Source: Podarcis pityusensis
Lineage: Eukaryota
Strand: one strand, 5' to 3'
Length of the DNA: 64,000 bases
Assembly (NCBI GenBank): GCA_964106645.2
Contig: OZ067039.1
A program made the position numbers and the translations under genes. The notes under the pieces were generated by a model that searched no databases, had not been told where the DNA came from, and was given only the letters and a program-made list of their open reading frames with translations. Shown here piece by piece: positions 1 through 13,260 of this stretch (position 1 is the first letter of the stretch; every line of letters begins with the position of its first letter).

Positions 1-110
1 CTGTTGCACTCAGGTCCTGCTTGTGGGCTTCCCATAGGCATTTTGCTGGCCATTGTGAAAACAGGATGCTGGACCAGATGGGCTTTTCATCTGATCAAGC
101 AGGACTCATT
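1..110 (+). mobile_element. CR1-type 3' end fragment
   Basis: ggcttcccataggcat...aacaggatgctggaccagatggg...tgatcaagcagg, reverse-similar to 12300-12400. Confidence 0.6.
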
Positions 111-1582
111 ATTGCCAGCATGATGTCCAGTGAATTGTGGGAACATACTTTGAGACTAAACTATGAGATGTGTGAATTCTTGCATAAAATAAGCAGCTTA
201 TTTTTATTTGCCCCATACATTGGGGAATATATATTATTGCTTTTCAAAGAGCTGGTTGTTGCTCACTTCTGTGCATCCACATTCATTGCTGACAGTTGGT
301 TCCCTGACTTGTTAAGCATGACAGCCGTTGCCTATTTTCTTACTGTGAATTATGCTGGTTGCTGGATACAAGCTAGGTTTGACTTAAGAGTGGGGATTAG
401 CATTGGAGTTGCTGATGTCATAAATGTATTGAAAGCAAACAGACTGGTGATGGCATGGAATATTATTTATATTTCCTGCAAAACACTGGGTAAGTTGAGT
501 ATCCTGGAACATCTTGACTTGATGGGCCACCCAAGGATATTCATATGTGAACAAAAAGATGAACCTGGATTTTCTCCCTCCAGACCCAATATTTTATCAA
601 TAACTCAATATCCTTTAAATCAAGAGGTAGACCACACTTTCAGAGTTGAGGGCCACATACTCATGCTGGTGACCAAAGCAAAAATGGGTGGGTGACCCCT
701 TCTCTTTTTTTGCCCTTCCTGTTCTTTATCTACCCATCTTCCTTTCATTTTTTTCTCTCACACATCTGTATACACAAGCATTAAATCATCCACACACAGT
801 CTCCCCTTCATTCATTCATTCTATTCTGTTCATTCTCTCTCTCCAGGCTTGGTGGGGAGGGGGCTGAAAGGAAGTGAAGGGCTGTGGATTGCCCATCAGT
901 GTTCCAAACACTTCTGTATGCCCAGGTAATATACTTGCACCCGATAGACATAAAAAAAGGCTTTGCGAGAAAGCGGCTTTGTCTAGGTATGCCAGTCGAT
1001 GTTTTGAACCAAGTTAAGCTCTCAAATGTCCAAAGGATGTACCCCTATTCCTCATTCCATGGTGCAGCAGTTTAACTGCAACAGGGACTGCGGAGCTGAG
1101 CTTTTTTAGTATCTTTCTCTTCAAATGTAAAGGCTCAAATAAGCCTCATTAAATAAATTGTTCTGTTCAACTCATACCCTAAAATAGGAGATGAGATACA
1201 TATCCTAGTCTGCTTCACAAAGAAGGAAGGATGCTGTATCCTCATCTTTCCAGCCTGTGAATTATGGATGGAGGTCACATCGGGGTGCCTTTTATCAGTA
1301 TTCAATGTGATCTTGTTTATTTTAAAAGGTATACCCCACCACTCTATCCAACAACAGGCTCTTGTGACTGATGTATAGAGTTTGTGACCATACTGTGGTC
1401 TATCTCCATGCAGGTTTCTCTCTCAGGCTGCATTTGGACAAAAGCCTGTTTCAATTTACATGTAGGGTTGGATTGAGCATTAGAGTAGGTGCACTGAAAC
1501 AGAAGGGGCATAGGTTAGCCATGGTGTACATTAATATAGTGAAAATAACAACCAACTATTGTAAATACATCAAAAACCATAC

Positions 1583-1588
1583 TTTATT
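1583..1588 (-). terminator. Candidate distal polyadenylation signal AATAAA
   Basis: Minus strand ...tgtaaattgtattgctatacataaAATAAAgtatggtttttgatgta... with UGUA motifs upstream and GU-rich tagttggttgttatttt downstream. Confidence 0.6.
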
Positions 1589-1960
1589 TTATGTATAGCA
1601 ATACAATTTACATATTAAATAACACTATAATAGAATGATTTGATATACTTTTAAAACATAACAAAAAGGAAATTCTTCAAGTTACAAAAAGGAAGAACAG
1701 AAAACAAAAAAATTAATAACTCCCCCCAAACCAAACACCACATTTCCCCAATGGGTCAATGAGACAAACTTATCCAGTGACTGGTTAAGTCTAATTCCTA
1801 TTGCACACACTGACAATGGAATTTAAAGAAAATCCAGCATCAACAATCACTGTCCCAAAGAAATAACATGTGTTGAATTCTTTTTGGAATGTGATGGCAT
1901 TTCACTACTTCAATACACATAAAGTATGTATTCACATATCCACCACAAAAGGAAAAAAAA

Positions 1961-2100
1961 NNNNNNNNNNNNNNNNNNNNNNNNNNNNNNNNNNNNNNNN
2001 NNNNNNNNNNNNNNNNNNNNNNNNNNNNNNNNNNNNNNNNNNNNNNNNNNNNNNNNNNNNNNNNNNNNNNNNNNNNNNNNNNNNNNNNNNNNNNNNNNNN
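1961..2100. other. Assembly gap (140 N)
   Basis: Run of N. Confidence 1.
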
Positions 2101-2694
2101 TTAAAAATGAAGGAAATGAAAATAATGGATAGAGATGAATACTTAGTTCTTTAGAAACAATGGCTGCTTGCTAGTTTCAAAGGTTCTAACAAAAGAAAGA
2201 AAGGTCACTACCCCAAATGTTGGAGAGTTGTGACATTTTATAAAATTGACTATCTCCTCTTCTGGAGACATGTTTATTCTTAAAACTCAAGACATTTTTC
2301 TTGAAATTAATTATCCTCTGTAGAAAAGGCTTCCCTTTGCAAATATCTAACAAAAATACTAAAAACAGTTGAACAGCTAAGACAATGTCGAGGCCAAGTC
2401 TTTTCATTTGTTTCTCTGTGTACTCTCCCTGTTTGTTTTGCATGCCTTCCCCATACAATAAGCAAAGCTAATGTAGTATGCATTACTTATAATGACAATC
2501 AAGAGAGAAAGCTCAAGAATTGACATGTAAGGATGGAGAATTACATCTCAAAAAGAAAAGAAATGCAGTGGATAAGCAATGAGGCATTTCCCCTTCATAT
2601 AAAATTCACTGGCACTATTTGAACATAACCATGTATCACAGGAGTGGGTGGCAGAAGAGAATGAATTTGAGAGAATGACTGCTAAGTCATTAAC

Positions 2695-2787
2695 AGTGCA
2701 ATCCTATACACACATTACCTGGAACTAAGCCCCATTGAACACAATGGGATTGACTTCCAACCAAATATGCATACAATTGCCCTGCAA
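2695..2787. repeat. Second palindromic dispersed repeat (caatcctat...agtaagtcccattga...taggattg); copies near 5885, 44445, 46028, 52303, 52570
   Basis: Mutually similar ~90-bp inverted-repeat units. Confidence 0.65.
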
Positions 2788-5700
2788 CGCAACTATACTT
2801 TCCTTATTTCTTCTTCTTCTTCAATTTTTCCATTATTTTTGCTAATATTTAGTATTATGTTTCTTTGGTAAAATTGATATCTCTACTTTAAAATACAATA
2901 GCAGTTTACAAGAAATCATACTTATAACAAGGTCATTGTGCTATGTCATTAAAAAGGGATAGCATTTTGGTAGCGTTCCAATGAATCTTTCAATTAAAAC
3001 CTTGCTCATCTGATTGCAACTCCACTAGCTCTACAATGGACCCTAAAAGTCTGTATTTCTTACACAGAGGTGTGCACATGTGCCTACATGCACCTACATC
3101 TTTTGCCTCACGATAGTTTGCACTCAGAGTTTGATCAGACACACTGAAATGCTAAAGGATAATTTGTTTCAAAATAAAAGTTTTGGTTTACCTCCTGCAC
3201 TATTCGTGTGTGATGAACTTAATCTATGCAAAGTGACTTTTCATATCAACTATCATACTCAAGAAGTACAAAGCAAAGCATGTATTTGCAGTACTAAGGC
3301 TGTAGACTGGGAATGCCAACGGCGCTACCCTTCCTTTAGATGAGGGTTCAATACATAAATACGCATTGATTTTCGTGGCCCAAACATACGAGGCAATTTG
3401 TTTCAGAGTATCCATATTACAATCCCATGTTCTCTTTGTTTCCAGACCACATTAGCAAAGACAGGTTATACAAGCATCAGTCTTTTACAAGTGCATTTCT
3501 TTCAAAATGCTAATATTGAAAATGACTAATGTTTATAAATTAATCAAAATTCAGGTATCATCAGAAGGATATCCTCCCCTCAACAGTGAAGTATAGTCAA
3601 TGTGAGTCTAACAGAAAAGACCAATGACAGTATTTCATTAGACTGCTGAGCCCACTGATCTGTTAATATAAATTCAGAGCTTACACTGATAAGCAATACT
3701 ACAAATATTCCTTGGATAAACAGATGCAAGACCCATTGCCTTGAGCAGGGTAGAAAGGCAGAACATAAATAGGACACAAATGACTAACTTGTTCCAAATA
3801 ATTCACTGGGATGTTAGTCCTGATTAAGGGCCAAACTACTGAATTAATTGCAGTAATACAAATAATGTGCACATTTTTGTTGCAGCCAACGAGAAGAGTA
3901 AATAACGTCTAAACCTGGGAGGGGTTGATGGGAATGGAGTGTTTAACTCTCTCCTTCCCATGGTTCTGACAAAAATTAACTTCTCATAAACTGCTGTGCC
4001 AACTGCTGCTCATATGACTTTGGCAGGGAGAGAAAAAGTTGAACTCCTCCTTCCCACCCCATAAGGTCTGACGGCTGCTTAGGTTTCTCCTTGGTTGTTG
4101 GTATTTGCATAATAAAAACAATATGTTGATTGCATTCATGCAATCAATGTCACATCTAGTGTGGCCCAAGCGCCCTCTGAGTTGGGGCTCATGTCAATAG
4201 GATTGTTTCAGAACAAAATGAGAGCTGCAAACTCAAAATTGCAGCTTTTCATGTCACAGCAAATTTACACTTTGTAACTTGAACTTCACATGAAACATCA
4301 AACCCTTCTCCCCAAACATATCTTGTTATCCCCCTCTTTACCTGCTGACTGCAGCATTAAGAATACACCCTGATTCCCATGTGAACTAATTAAAACAAAG
4401 CAATTGATCATTAAATCGAGTTATACACCTGTGGACAAAATCCTGTAAATATTAAAGAAGAGCTGGAATTCACATGGAATTGGCTTTGCAAACAATCCAA
4501 CTTCAGCTATACTGGTCTAATTTTGTCTTAAAATCCACACCGAAAAACACACTTGTACAACTTGGTACACATTTTAAGGAACTGGCTTAAGTGCTGCCAG
4601 GCAGTCTTGCCAAAACACATTCATTTCCCTCTGTAGTATCTCCTCCACAAATTCAGACTCAAATGAAAAGCTACCAACAAATCCAACTAAACCTGGGGGG
4701 CGGGATACATACACACCACACACCTCTTACTTTTTGAACCAGTCATTTCTTGCCACAAAATTTTGGATGTGAAGTGATCAAAGTTCGTCTCATGCTCAAA
4801 AGTTGTAATTTCCTGAAGCAGTGCCCATTGCCAGCAATGGAAGCACTGCAGTCCCTGATGCCAATGCAAGCAGTGTGCCTCTTGGTCAAAGCAGAAGCAG
4901 TACAGATGGTGTAACTTGAAATGGGTTTTTAAAGTGAAGTGCAGCTTCTGGATAGTCTTAAACCTACACAATGCAGTGGACAACTTAGGTCCCTCTCTGG
5001 TGAGCTTCACTTAATGTAGTTTATTTACCGCGGAACCCGGAGTCCTTTTCCAGCAGCTCTAGAGTGCATGGATGGTTCTGATATGTGCAAGAGGGTGCTG
5101 CCTCATCCATCTCCATAACAGAGGAGGCTCCTCAATGCAATTACCACCAGGATCTTGTTGTGGTTTTGGACCCTACTTTCTTTAATGCAACATTAATAAT
5201 TTCAACTGCAAATTTAAAATGGGCAGCAACGTGTGAGAGGCACTTAATTGTGTGTTTACGAACAATTACAAACAACAGCTTCATGGATGAATTTCGGAGC
5301 AGTTGTTGCATCGCTGGATAGTTTCTCCTGCTTTGCTGGACATTTATTTTCACACCCTTTTAGGAGGCCTTTACATTTTAGGAGACAATATTAAAAAGAA
5401 ATAGGCATTTGTTTAAGCATATGATACTTGAATTAGTTTGCTGTCAGAGTAGGAGACAAATACACCTGCATCAACTTGTGTCAATAAAAACCACTTCAAA
5501 CTCTTCTACTTAAGGGTTAAGGTCATCCAGATTATTTTAAGTTTAGTGGTAAAGTGTTTTGAATGTGTGGCTGGCACAGACTAGATTTCTCTCTTTTCTA
5601 TGGCTGAAGAAATCTATGAAACAATAGGACATTCTGTCAACATTATAAGCTGTTTCCTAAATGTTTGTACGTTTTACTTTGAATAAATATTTAATGCCCT

Positions 5701-6972
5701 AATTTACTTTCCCATACATTTGTAGAGAAAGCGCTGGAAATCATCATTCAAAGAAAGAAGTGGTTCTGCCCTGCAGTATTGAGGCACCAGTATTAGCCTG
5801 GCTGTACATTGCAAATACCAAATATTTGCATAGCAACTCTTACATTTGTAGTAGTGACTGTTGCATGCAAATAATTACCTAAAGCTACAATCCTATATGC
5901 ATACCAAGGAGTAAGTCCCATTAGACTCAGTGGGGCTCAGTTTTGGCTATATATATAGAACTGGTACCTTTTGGTTTCTACCAAATGTAAGAATTTTCAG
6001 TGGCTTTTTAAATAGAGGAGCTAGTAAAGGTATGAAGCCCTAGCACACAGTGAATTCTCACCAAGGTAGCAAACCTATCAAATGTGTGGTTCACACTATT
6101 GTGGTGGGAAAATCCCCTGCAGACGCAGAACTAGATGTCAAGGAGGAGACTAAGCTAGAACACTTCAACCTGACATCTAATTTTCTATTGGCATGACTTT
6201 TTTGCCTGGGGGACTATTCAATTTACCATCTTAATGACAAGTAGACCAGTGTCTCTGTTGGCTTACCCTGGATTCCCTCATACATACACACAGCCACTTC
6301 TACCCTTGACATCTAGTGCAGATATAACTGGCAGGAACCTGTTTTTACATGTAGGCACATTCTTCTCACTATTTTGAATTGGAGGCATAGTAAAGTAAAT
6401 TCAGACAAGAAGGGATCATTTTAAACTGATTCAAGGACAAACCAAGAGCACAAGAGCACAATAAAGTAATTTGGGTAGCTATAATGTAAGTTATACATTT
6501 TAGCCATTAAAACCGGTTTGCCAATTATACTGAATTTTATACTAGCAAGGTCCACTCTGTAATCTTCCTCCTGTGGGCATTCGCTGCTTATTTACAATGA
6601 CCACAGATGGTATGGGCCATGTAACCAAGCACCTCATCAGAATTTAATTCATTTCCCCATTCTTACAGTGTAGATAAAAAGCAGTGCAAGGGGACCATCC
6701 ATGCTTAAATGAGCTGCACAGAAAAGTGGTTTGGAAAGCAGAGCAGTTTTAAGTTATTCAAAACAGAGGCTTAAATGTAAAGCTAATGAGTGGAAATGGG
6801 TTTTCTTAAGTTGGAAATAGATTAAGTGGCTGCCTGAAGTAACAGGGACTGTGTAGTATAATGTATAATATATAGGAATGGATCAATGAACTAAGGAGAT
6901 GTATGCTAAATAATTAATTTGGTTCAAAAAAAAAAAAAAAGGAGGAAGAGTGTAATCTTATAGGTAGTTTTT

Positions 6973-6978
6973 TTTATT
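6973..6978 (-). terminator. Candidate proximal polyadenylation signal AATAAA
   Basis: AATAAA on the minus strand ~1.07 kb past the stop, with a U-rich tract downstream. Confidence 0.35.
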
Positions 6979-7853
6979 AGATTGTTTCACCAGTAATATG
7001 GATCAGTACGTTTTAGCAGTAAAGTATGAAAATTACACACCTGTAAAAACGGCATCTAACAGCTATGAAATTAAGAAATTCCTTTTGCCATCCTGCAACA
7101 TATTGTCAAGATAGAAATCCTGTTCCAGAAGAATGACGGAAATATATGTTTAAAATGGTGAATACTAATTGGAAAATTGTGACCTAAATGCTTTTGGAAT
7201 AAAATGATCTGGTAGTATATTGTTGATTACTAAATTGTCTGTGGTGGTAAAATGATCAAATATTTTCCCATACTGAAACGCCACTGTGAAAATCTGGGGA
7301 ATCAGTGAAGTTGTAAAACCAAAGACTGAGGTCAAAGCTCAAGATATGAGTCGCTCAGTGTTTCGGGAATGTAATTTAGTATGTGACATGGAAAGCAATT
7401 CCTAGGCTTCCATGCAGCCGAGAGGAGCAATTCAAACAATGCAGACCAGCTATTCAACCTCTGGATGCTACTGCACTTCAGTGTAGCTAGTGATCACCAC
7501 ACCACTTTGTCAAACAAGAAGGAAAAAAACAACACTCATCCATGTTACTGGAATACAGAAGACCTATAATGATTACCAAAGTTATATGAAAATTAATAAA
7601 CATTGGAGTATGTTTAGAGTACAGCACTGTTCTTGTAAAACAAAAAGAACCCTTCTGGTCTAGCATTCAAGACTTTAGAGTCAAGGCTCATAGTAATTAA
7701 CAAAACTTCATGGCATTTCAACTAAAAAGTAGCATGTTTGTTGTCATGGAATGTCACATCAGGGTTTGCTTGCTTGCTTGTTTTTGTATTACAACTTTAT
7801 AGGCAGTTAACACTGATCATATAGTGCAAACTAGATAAAATTGCGTTTCACTG

Positions 7854-8008
7854 NNNNNNNNNNNNNNNNNNNNNNNNNNNNNNNNNNNNNNNNNNNNNNN
7901 NNNNNNNNNNNNNNNNNNNNNNNNNNNNNNNNNNNNNNNNNNNNNNNNNNNNNNNNNNNNNNNNNNNNNNNNNNNNNNNNNNNNNNNNNNNNNNNNNNNN
8001 NNNNNNNN
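7854..8008. other. Assembly gap (155 N)
   Basis: Run of N, 43 nt past the stop codon. Confidence 1.
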
Positions 8009-8051
8009 TCTTCAGAAATTCCACAAATTAAGTGCCTTTTCAATATTCCAA

Positions 8052-8198
8052 TTAGACAAGAGACTCCATGCTTTCTGCAGGATCTGATTCGTCGTTGGCC
8101 ATAACAGCACCATTTTTGTCCAGTGCCATGGGGCCATTTCCGTTTTCCTTAGTGCTGACCAGGCTTAGCATTGCTTTGTAAAGAAATTGGTACTGCTC
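8052..8198 (-). CDS. PTPRG: PTPRG last coding exon (~exon 30), PDZ-binding C-terminus ESLV
   Basis: [48 protein letters not shown]-stop (TAA 8052-8054); acceptor ttccag. Confidence 0.97.
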   Translation of the reverse strand, partial: EQYQFLYKAMLSLVSTKENGNGPMALDKNGAVMANDESDPAESMESLV

Positions 8199-9341
8199 CT
8201 GGAATGGAAAGATCAGAACATTTAAAACAACCTAACATTCAAGGAAGAAAAATGTTCAACTTGCGTTTTCTAGGGGGGATCAGTATTGCTTGCTGTGCCC
8301 TAGCCTGACACCTTTAATCTTGTAGCTCTCCCATACTCTGATAACCCACAATATAAACATGGTTACCAACCTTGCATTAGAAAATAATCCCAAAGCCAGG
8401 TACAGTACCAATGAAACAAAATTAAGTCATGCGGCCAATTTGTTGAATAATTACAAAGTTAAGAGAACATTTACAAATAACTATTTACAAAGGGCAGTAA
8501 CACAGATTCAACCAAAAGACTTGCCTCTTCAATCAATTTTGTTGGTTGTGCGTTACAGCTGGACCCCCGCCCACTTATTGCAATAGAATCACCCTCATTT
8601 TTTTTCAGTCACCTCTCACAAACTACATCTTCAATAAAGGTTTGTTTACTCGCCTTCTTTTAATATTACGTGCACCTCCTTTCTGCTCTGATCTAGTCTA
8701 AAGAGTCCTGTGCTTCCTGTGAAGCCTACAGGCACAATGCAGGGATGGAAACATCTCTAATTTAACAGATGTTCATCTGGGACCAAAGCAGAGCACTGCC
8801 ACTCATTCATTCTAACCCTTATCTGAGCATGTAAGTCTGAACACTGTGTAGCGTACTTAACGACTACGTATTAGAAACGAACATGTTTTGAAGTAAATAA
8901 AGGAGCATAGGGACAGAGGTTGATGGGGAAGCCGGGAGGGAAAAGAGCGAATAAGGTACTGCATTGTTTTGTTGTAGTATTGTGAAAACTGTAATGAACT
9001 ATAGTCTAAAAACCCCAAACCCTGCAGGAATATGACAAGTTAAAAAGTAGCTGAATGGTAGCACTGACTCCATGGATAGTCTCCATCCTGGAACAAACTC
9101 TGTTGGATTTAAGAAAGAAAGGGAATTCCGACCCTAGATAAATAAAGGTCAGGGTCTAAGATGGTGCTTATTGCTGCACTGTGGTTCTTAGTTGTGCAGG
9201 ATATCTGGCAGCAAAACTGGTGGAGACTCTATGACTGTATGTGGAAGAGGAGTCTTTTAGCTTTCTGACTTCACGGGCACAGGGGCATGGGACAGTATGC
9301 CAAACATGTGCATAGATTTTATCTCCTTTTTAAAGACTTAC

Positions 9342-9477
9342 AATGTCTGTAAATACTCCAGGCCTCATCAGATTGATCATCTTTGCCACCTGGAAAACGT
9401 CAACAGCATTTTCATTCTCCAGCTGCTGGGACAGAGTGGTAAGGGCACATAATGTTCCAGCCGCCACTGCTCCATAC
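9342..9477 (-). CDS. PTPRG: PTPRG coding exon (~exon 29)
   Basis: (E)[45 protein letters not shown]; acceptor ttgcag, donor gtaagt; 136 nt. Confidence 0.97.
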
Positions 9478-10859
9478 CTGCAAACCCACAGAACAGTTGC
9501 ATTCAGATGCTCATAGGTGAATCATAAAGTCCCCTGTCAAGCAGCAATGAAAATCTGATGACTGTGTATCAGCTTTAGTTTTCTTTGAATTGCACCTATA
9601 ATCTCTGCCAGATAGGTGTACCTATACTTGGGATTAGTTTGTTGTTGTATTAATGAATAAAATAAGTGATGATGTGGTCGAGTGCACAGAAGGAAAATTT
9701 TCATTTTCAGCTACATTTCCTCAGAATGCAGTTAAAAGTGGAACATATATTATGTATGAAGGCATAAAAATAAAAATCAGTGAATATAACAAATAACCCC
9801 AAAAGCAATTTACAAAGAAATGACTCAGCACTGTTAGAAACAGAGGTTTGATATTTTTTGTCTCACGAAATGCCCAGATCAATAACTGTCTTAATTCTGA
9901 ATATTTCAAGAGCAGCAAAAGTATTCAGAATCTAGGTGAGCATTAAAACTAGCAATGGCTTAATATTGTTTTGGCTAAAGCATCTGTATTTTATAATGCA
10001 CTTTAGCAAGTCAAGATGTGAAAGAAAAGTCATATATAGAGCCCTTAATTGTTCTTTTCAGACCCATCTGTGCATGATGATAATACACCACACATCCAGC
10101 CATCATTTCCTAAGGAGAGGGACAAAAATAACTAAGTAAGAAAGTATGTAAAAGACACTGGAGGGACACACACTCATTAGTTGATTGCTGTGTTGGGCTG
10201 GGTAGCTTCTTGAATGAATGTCTCATCCGCACATTTTGTTCTGATTTGGAGAAAGAACCCAAGGTACACGGAGAAAGCACTTGATTTTTCAGCAATTTGC
10301 TTAGTAGGCCAGGATGTCATGGTCTCCATAAGAACCACTGACCTATCCTCAATATCTAGTCCTCAATATCTAGTCCTACACATTCTGCAGGACACAATCT
10401 TGGTGGTTGCTTGTTCTGTGTAAGGGTGTAGGGTTGAAATAACACCACTGGCATGGACAAGTCACTGGCTGAAAAGGTCTTGGAGAGCCCATTATGATGT
10501 ACCACCGTTGGTGAATAATTGTTCCTGATGGACTCCTGAGTGTTCTGGGGATTCTCCTACCAATATGGCTGTTGTGGCTGACCTCCAGAATAGGAAATGC
10601 CTTTAGCATTGACACAACCACTGCCAAGCACCCTGTTTCATGGGTAGAACTCAGGCTCATTGGTTTTCTGAAAAACCTAGGGTGATGCAATGACTGGCTA
10701 GGTAGCCAGAGTGACAGTGGAAAATACTCAAGATGTATTTAACCAAACCAATTATTGTAATTGTGTGTGTTGTATACTGCCTTGCTCTATTTTTTAATGA
10801 ACATGTGGTCTATAAAAATGTGTTGAAATTCATTCCAAGACCTATTCTATGGTGATGAT

Positions 10860-11830
10860 GGCACCGAAGAAATTATACTTCTTAATCACCAGTGCATTGA
10901 CATGGGTCAGTCAGTGGAGCTGTTCCAAGTGATGAGGAGATGGTTGCATGCTAGTCCACAAGTTAGCAAGGAGGAAGCCTTGGCAGCCTGCTGTGACCAC
11001 TTTGCAAAACACTTTGCTGATGAATTCACTTGCATGTATTCCAGCTTAAACTCTGCACTGGAAGCGGGAATCTATGGCTTCATTTGAGGTTGCTGCTTGT
11101 ACTGTTTTGAAGGATAAATTTTAGCTTGTTTAGCCTGAGGCTAACCGCTTGCATTTTGGTCCGTGTCCATTGCGGCCGATTAAGAATGCCAGATGGGAGG
11201 CTGGCCAAGTGGGTGGTTGGAACTCTGAATTCTTCCTTGAATGAGAAATTAGTTGTGAGACCTTTATTGAAAAGCTTTCTCCGCAATGGTGGCAACTCAA
11301 ACCCAAGCTTTCTTGGACAAGACTCTTATTATTTAGATCCTTTCTGATCTGGGTTGAAGCCCAGCTTGAGGACAGAAATGGCTTTGATTGCCTTGGTGGA
11401 TGAAGTACTGGCTTCCAATTCTGTTACAGGCCCAATCTAAGATACTGAAGTGGCTTGGGACCAGGATATGTAAAGGAAGGTCTATTTCTGCATGAACCTG
11501 CTAGTCAATCTTCATCAACTTCCAAAGCCCTGCTCTGCAAGGTGATTTTTTTTTTTTTGGAAGGGTAGGTCCTTTTCACTGGCAGCACCCTAACTGTGAA
11601 CTAGATTAGAGTGGCCCTTTCTCTGCTGTTCTTTATGTGAGTGATTAAGGCATTTTTGTTCTGTCAGGCTTTTAATGTGTCTTAAATTTTACCTAGTTAT
11701 ACTTTTGTTTACCTGTGCTATTTTGGCTTTATATGCTCTTTTTAATTGTGTTACTATTGTTATAAACCATGTTGGAGGCTCTTTTTTAGAGCCAATAGGT
11801 GGTACAGACTTGTTTTATAAACAAACAAAT
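10860..11830 (+). mobile_element. Decayed L2-type LINE fragments
   Basis: LDPF.SG..P....E.AL.ALVD-like RT motif near 11330-11400; L2-like 3' tail ending ttttataaacaaacaaataaa. Confidence 0.55.
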
Positions 11831-11947
11831 AAAATACTTGTGCCCCCCTTTCCACTAATCAGATGAAAGGCCAAATAAGCTTCCATATTTACTGTAATCT
11901 TTCTTATCCAATCTATAAAATGAATATGATTTGATGGATATACATAC

Positions 11948-12090
11948 TCATCGTGAACAATGGTGGGGCCATCTCTTGTTAAGGCCTCTTCCTTGATTAC
12001 ATTGATAAGCTCAAAGGTACTGCTGATTGGGGCATCTGGGTTTGGCCATTTGGGACACTGAAAATGGCGTACTTCCAAAACATAGTCATC
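11948..12090 (-). CDS. PTPRG: PTPRG coding exon (~exon 28), D2 pseudo-active site VHDE
   Basis: [47 protein letters not shown](E); acceptor tttcag, donor gtatgt; 143 nt. Confidence 0.97.
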
Positions 12091-12299
12091 CTGAAACGAA
12101 AACCAACCCAACAGTTAATCGTTTTAATTCCACTTTTACGTTTAAAAATGCACTTCTAACATTCCGATAGATTCACTGATCACCTCTAGCTAAAAAGAAG
12201 TTAATCCAGCCTCGGATTGCTGTGAGGAAGCATGTCTTGTCTTCTGCCCATAGAAGCAGGAACTCTCTTTCTGCAAGTGGCATGTGGTAACCTTCAATT

Positions 12300-13260
12300 T
12301 TATTTAAGAACAAAAGAAGTCCTTGCTGAATTAGATCAATGGCCCATCTAGCCCAGAGTCCTGTCCTCAGAGTGGCTAACCAGATGCCCGTGGGAAGCTT
12401 ACAACAGCTGCCACGCACTGGGCTGACATCTTCATCAAACTATACAATCCAAGGTCTCGGTCCTGGTCACTCACCACTAGTCAGACCCCTGACTAGTGAA
12501 AGTAGTGTCTATGTGAAAGATGTTTTTTGCACCAACATGCATCACTTTTTACTTGTTTACACTAAATTGCATTTTCCATTCTACTACCCATTCATTCAGT
12601 CAAGAGAGGTCATTTTGGAATGCGTCACAATAGTTTTTTGTTTGTTTTAACAACCCTGAACAATTTAGCACCATCAGCAAACTTGACCACTTCACTGCTC
12701 ACCCTTACCTCTCAATCATTTATGAACAAGTTAAAAAGCACAGGTCCCAATATCGATCCTCGTGGGACTGCATTTTCTATGTCTCTCAATTTGGAGAACT
12801 GACCATTTATTCCTCCTCTCTGCTTTCTGCTACTTAACCTACAAGAGGACCTCTTCTCTTAATTTATGACAACTAAGCTTATGTGGCCGCCTTTGGTGAG
12901 GAACTCTTGTCTAAAGCTTTTTAAAAGTGCAAGTCTGCTACATCAACCAGATCACATCTATATACTTGTTGACTATCAAATAACTCTAATAGGTTCATGA
13001 GTCAGGACTTAACATGTTAGAAGCCGTGCTGATTCCGTTCAACAATGCTTGTTCTTCTATATGCTTGGTGTGTTTTTTTATTTGTTAACAGTGCTATGCA
13101 CCAGTTTTGCCAGGACAGATGTTAAGCTAACTGGCCTGTAATTTCCAGGACACCCCACTCCTGCAATCTCTTTTAAAAAATGGTGGCTACTTCCCAGTTC
13201 TCAGGATATGGAGGCTGATCAGAGGTGGAGGAAAAGTTACATATGTTTGTTAGCGGTTCA
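12300..13260 (-). mobile_element. CR1 LINE fragment(s): 3' end plus decayed RT region
   Basis: Minus strand reads ...AVPRGSILGPVLFNLFIND...VVKFADGAKL (CR1 RT motifs) near 12660-12800; CR1-type 3' end at ~12300-12400. Confidence 0.8.

Larger units (their letters stand above)
1570..8051 (-). other. PTPRG: Probable long PTPRG 3' UTR (~6.5 kb, contains two assembly gaps)
   Basis: Follows the stop codon; AT-rich, repeat-poor relative to the introns; ends near an AATAAA followed by GU-rich sequence. The end point is inferred. Confidence 0.6.

Noticed and set aside
21-695. Longest ORF in the track (224 aa, plus strand)
   Set aside because: Non-ATG start, begins inside a CR1-type repeat, no recognisable domain or exon structure; treated as chance
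11948-11965. D2 active-site motif lacks the catalytic Cys (HDEYG)
   Set aside because: Normal for PTPRG/PTPRZ1 D2 pseudophosphatase domains; not a sign of pseudogenisation
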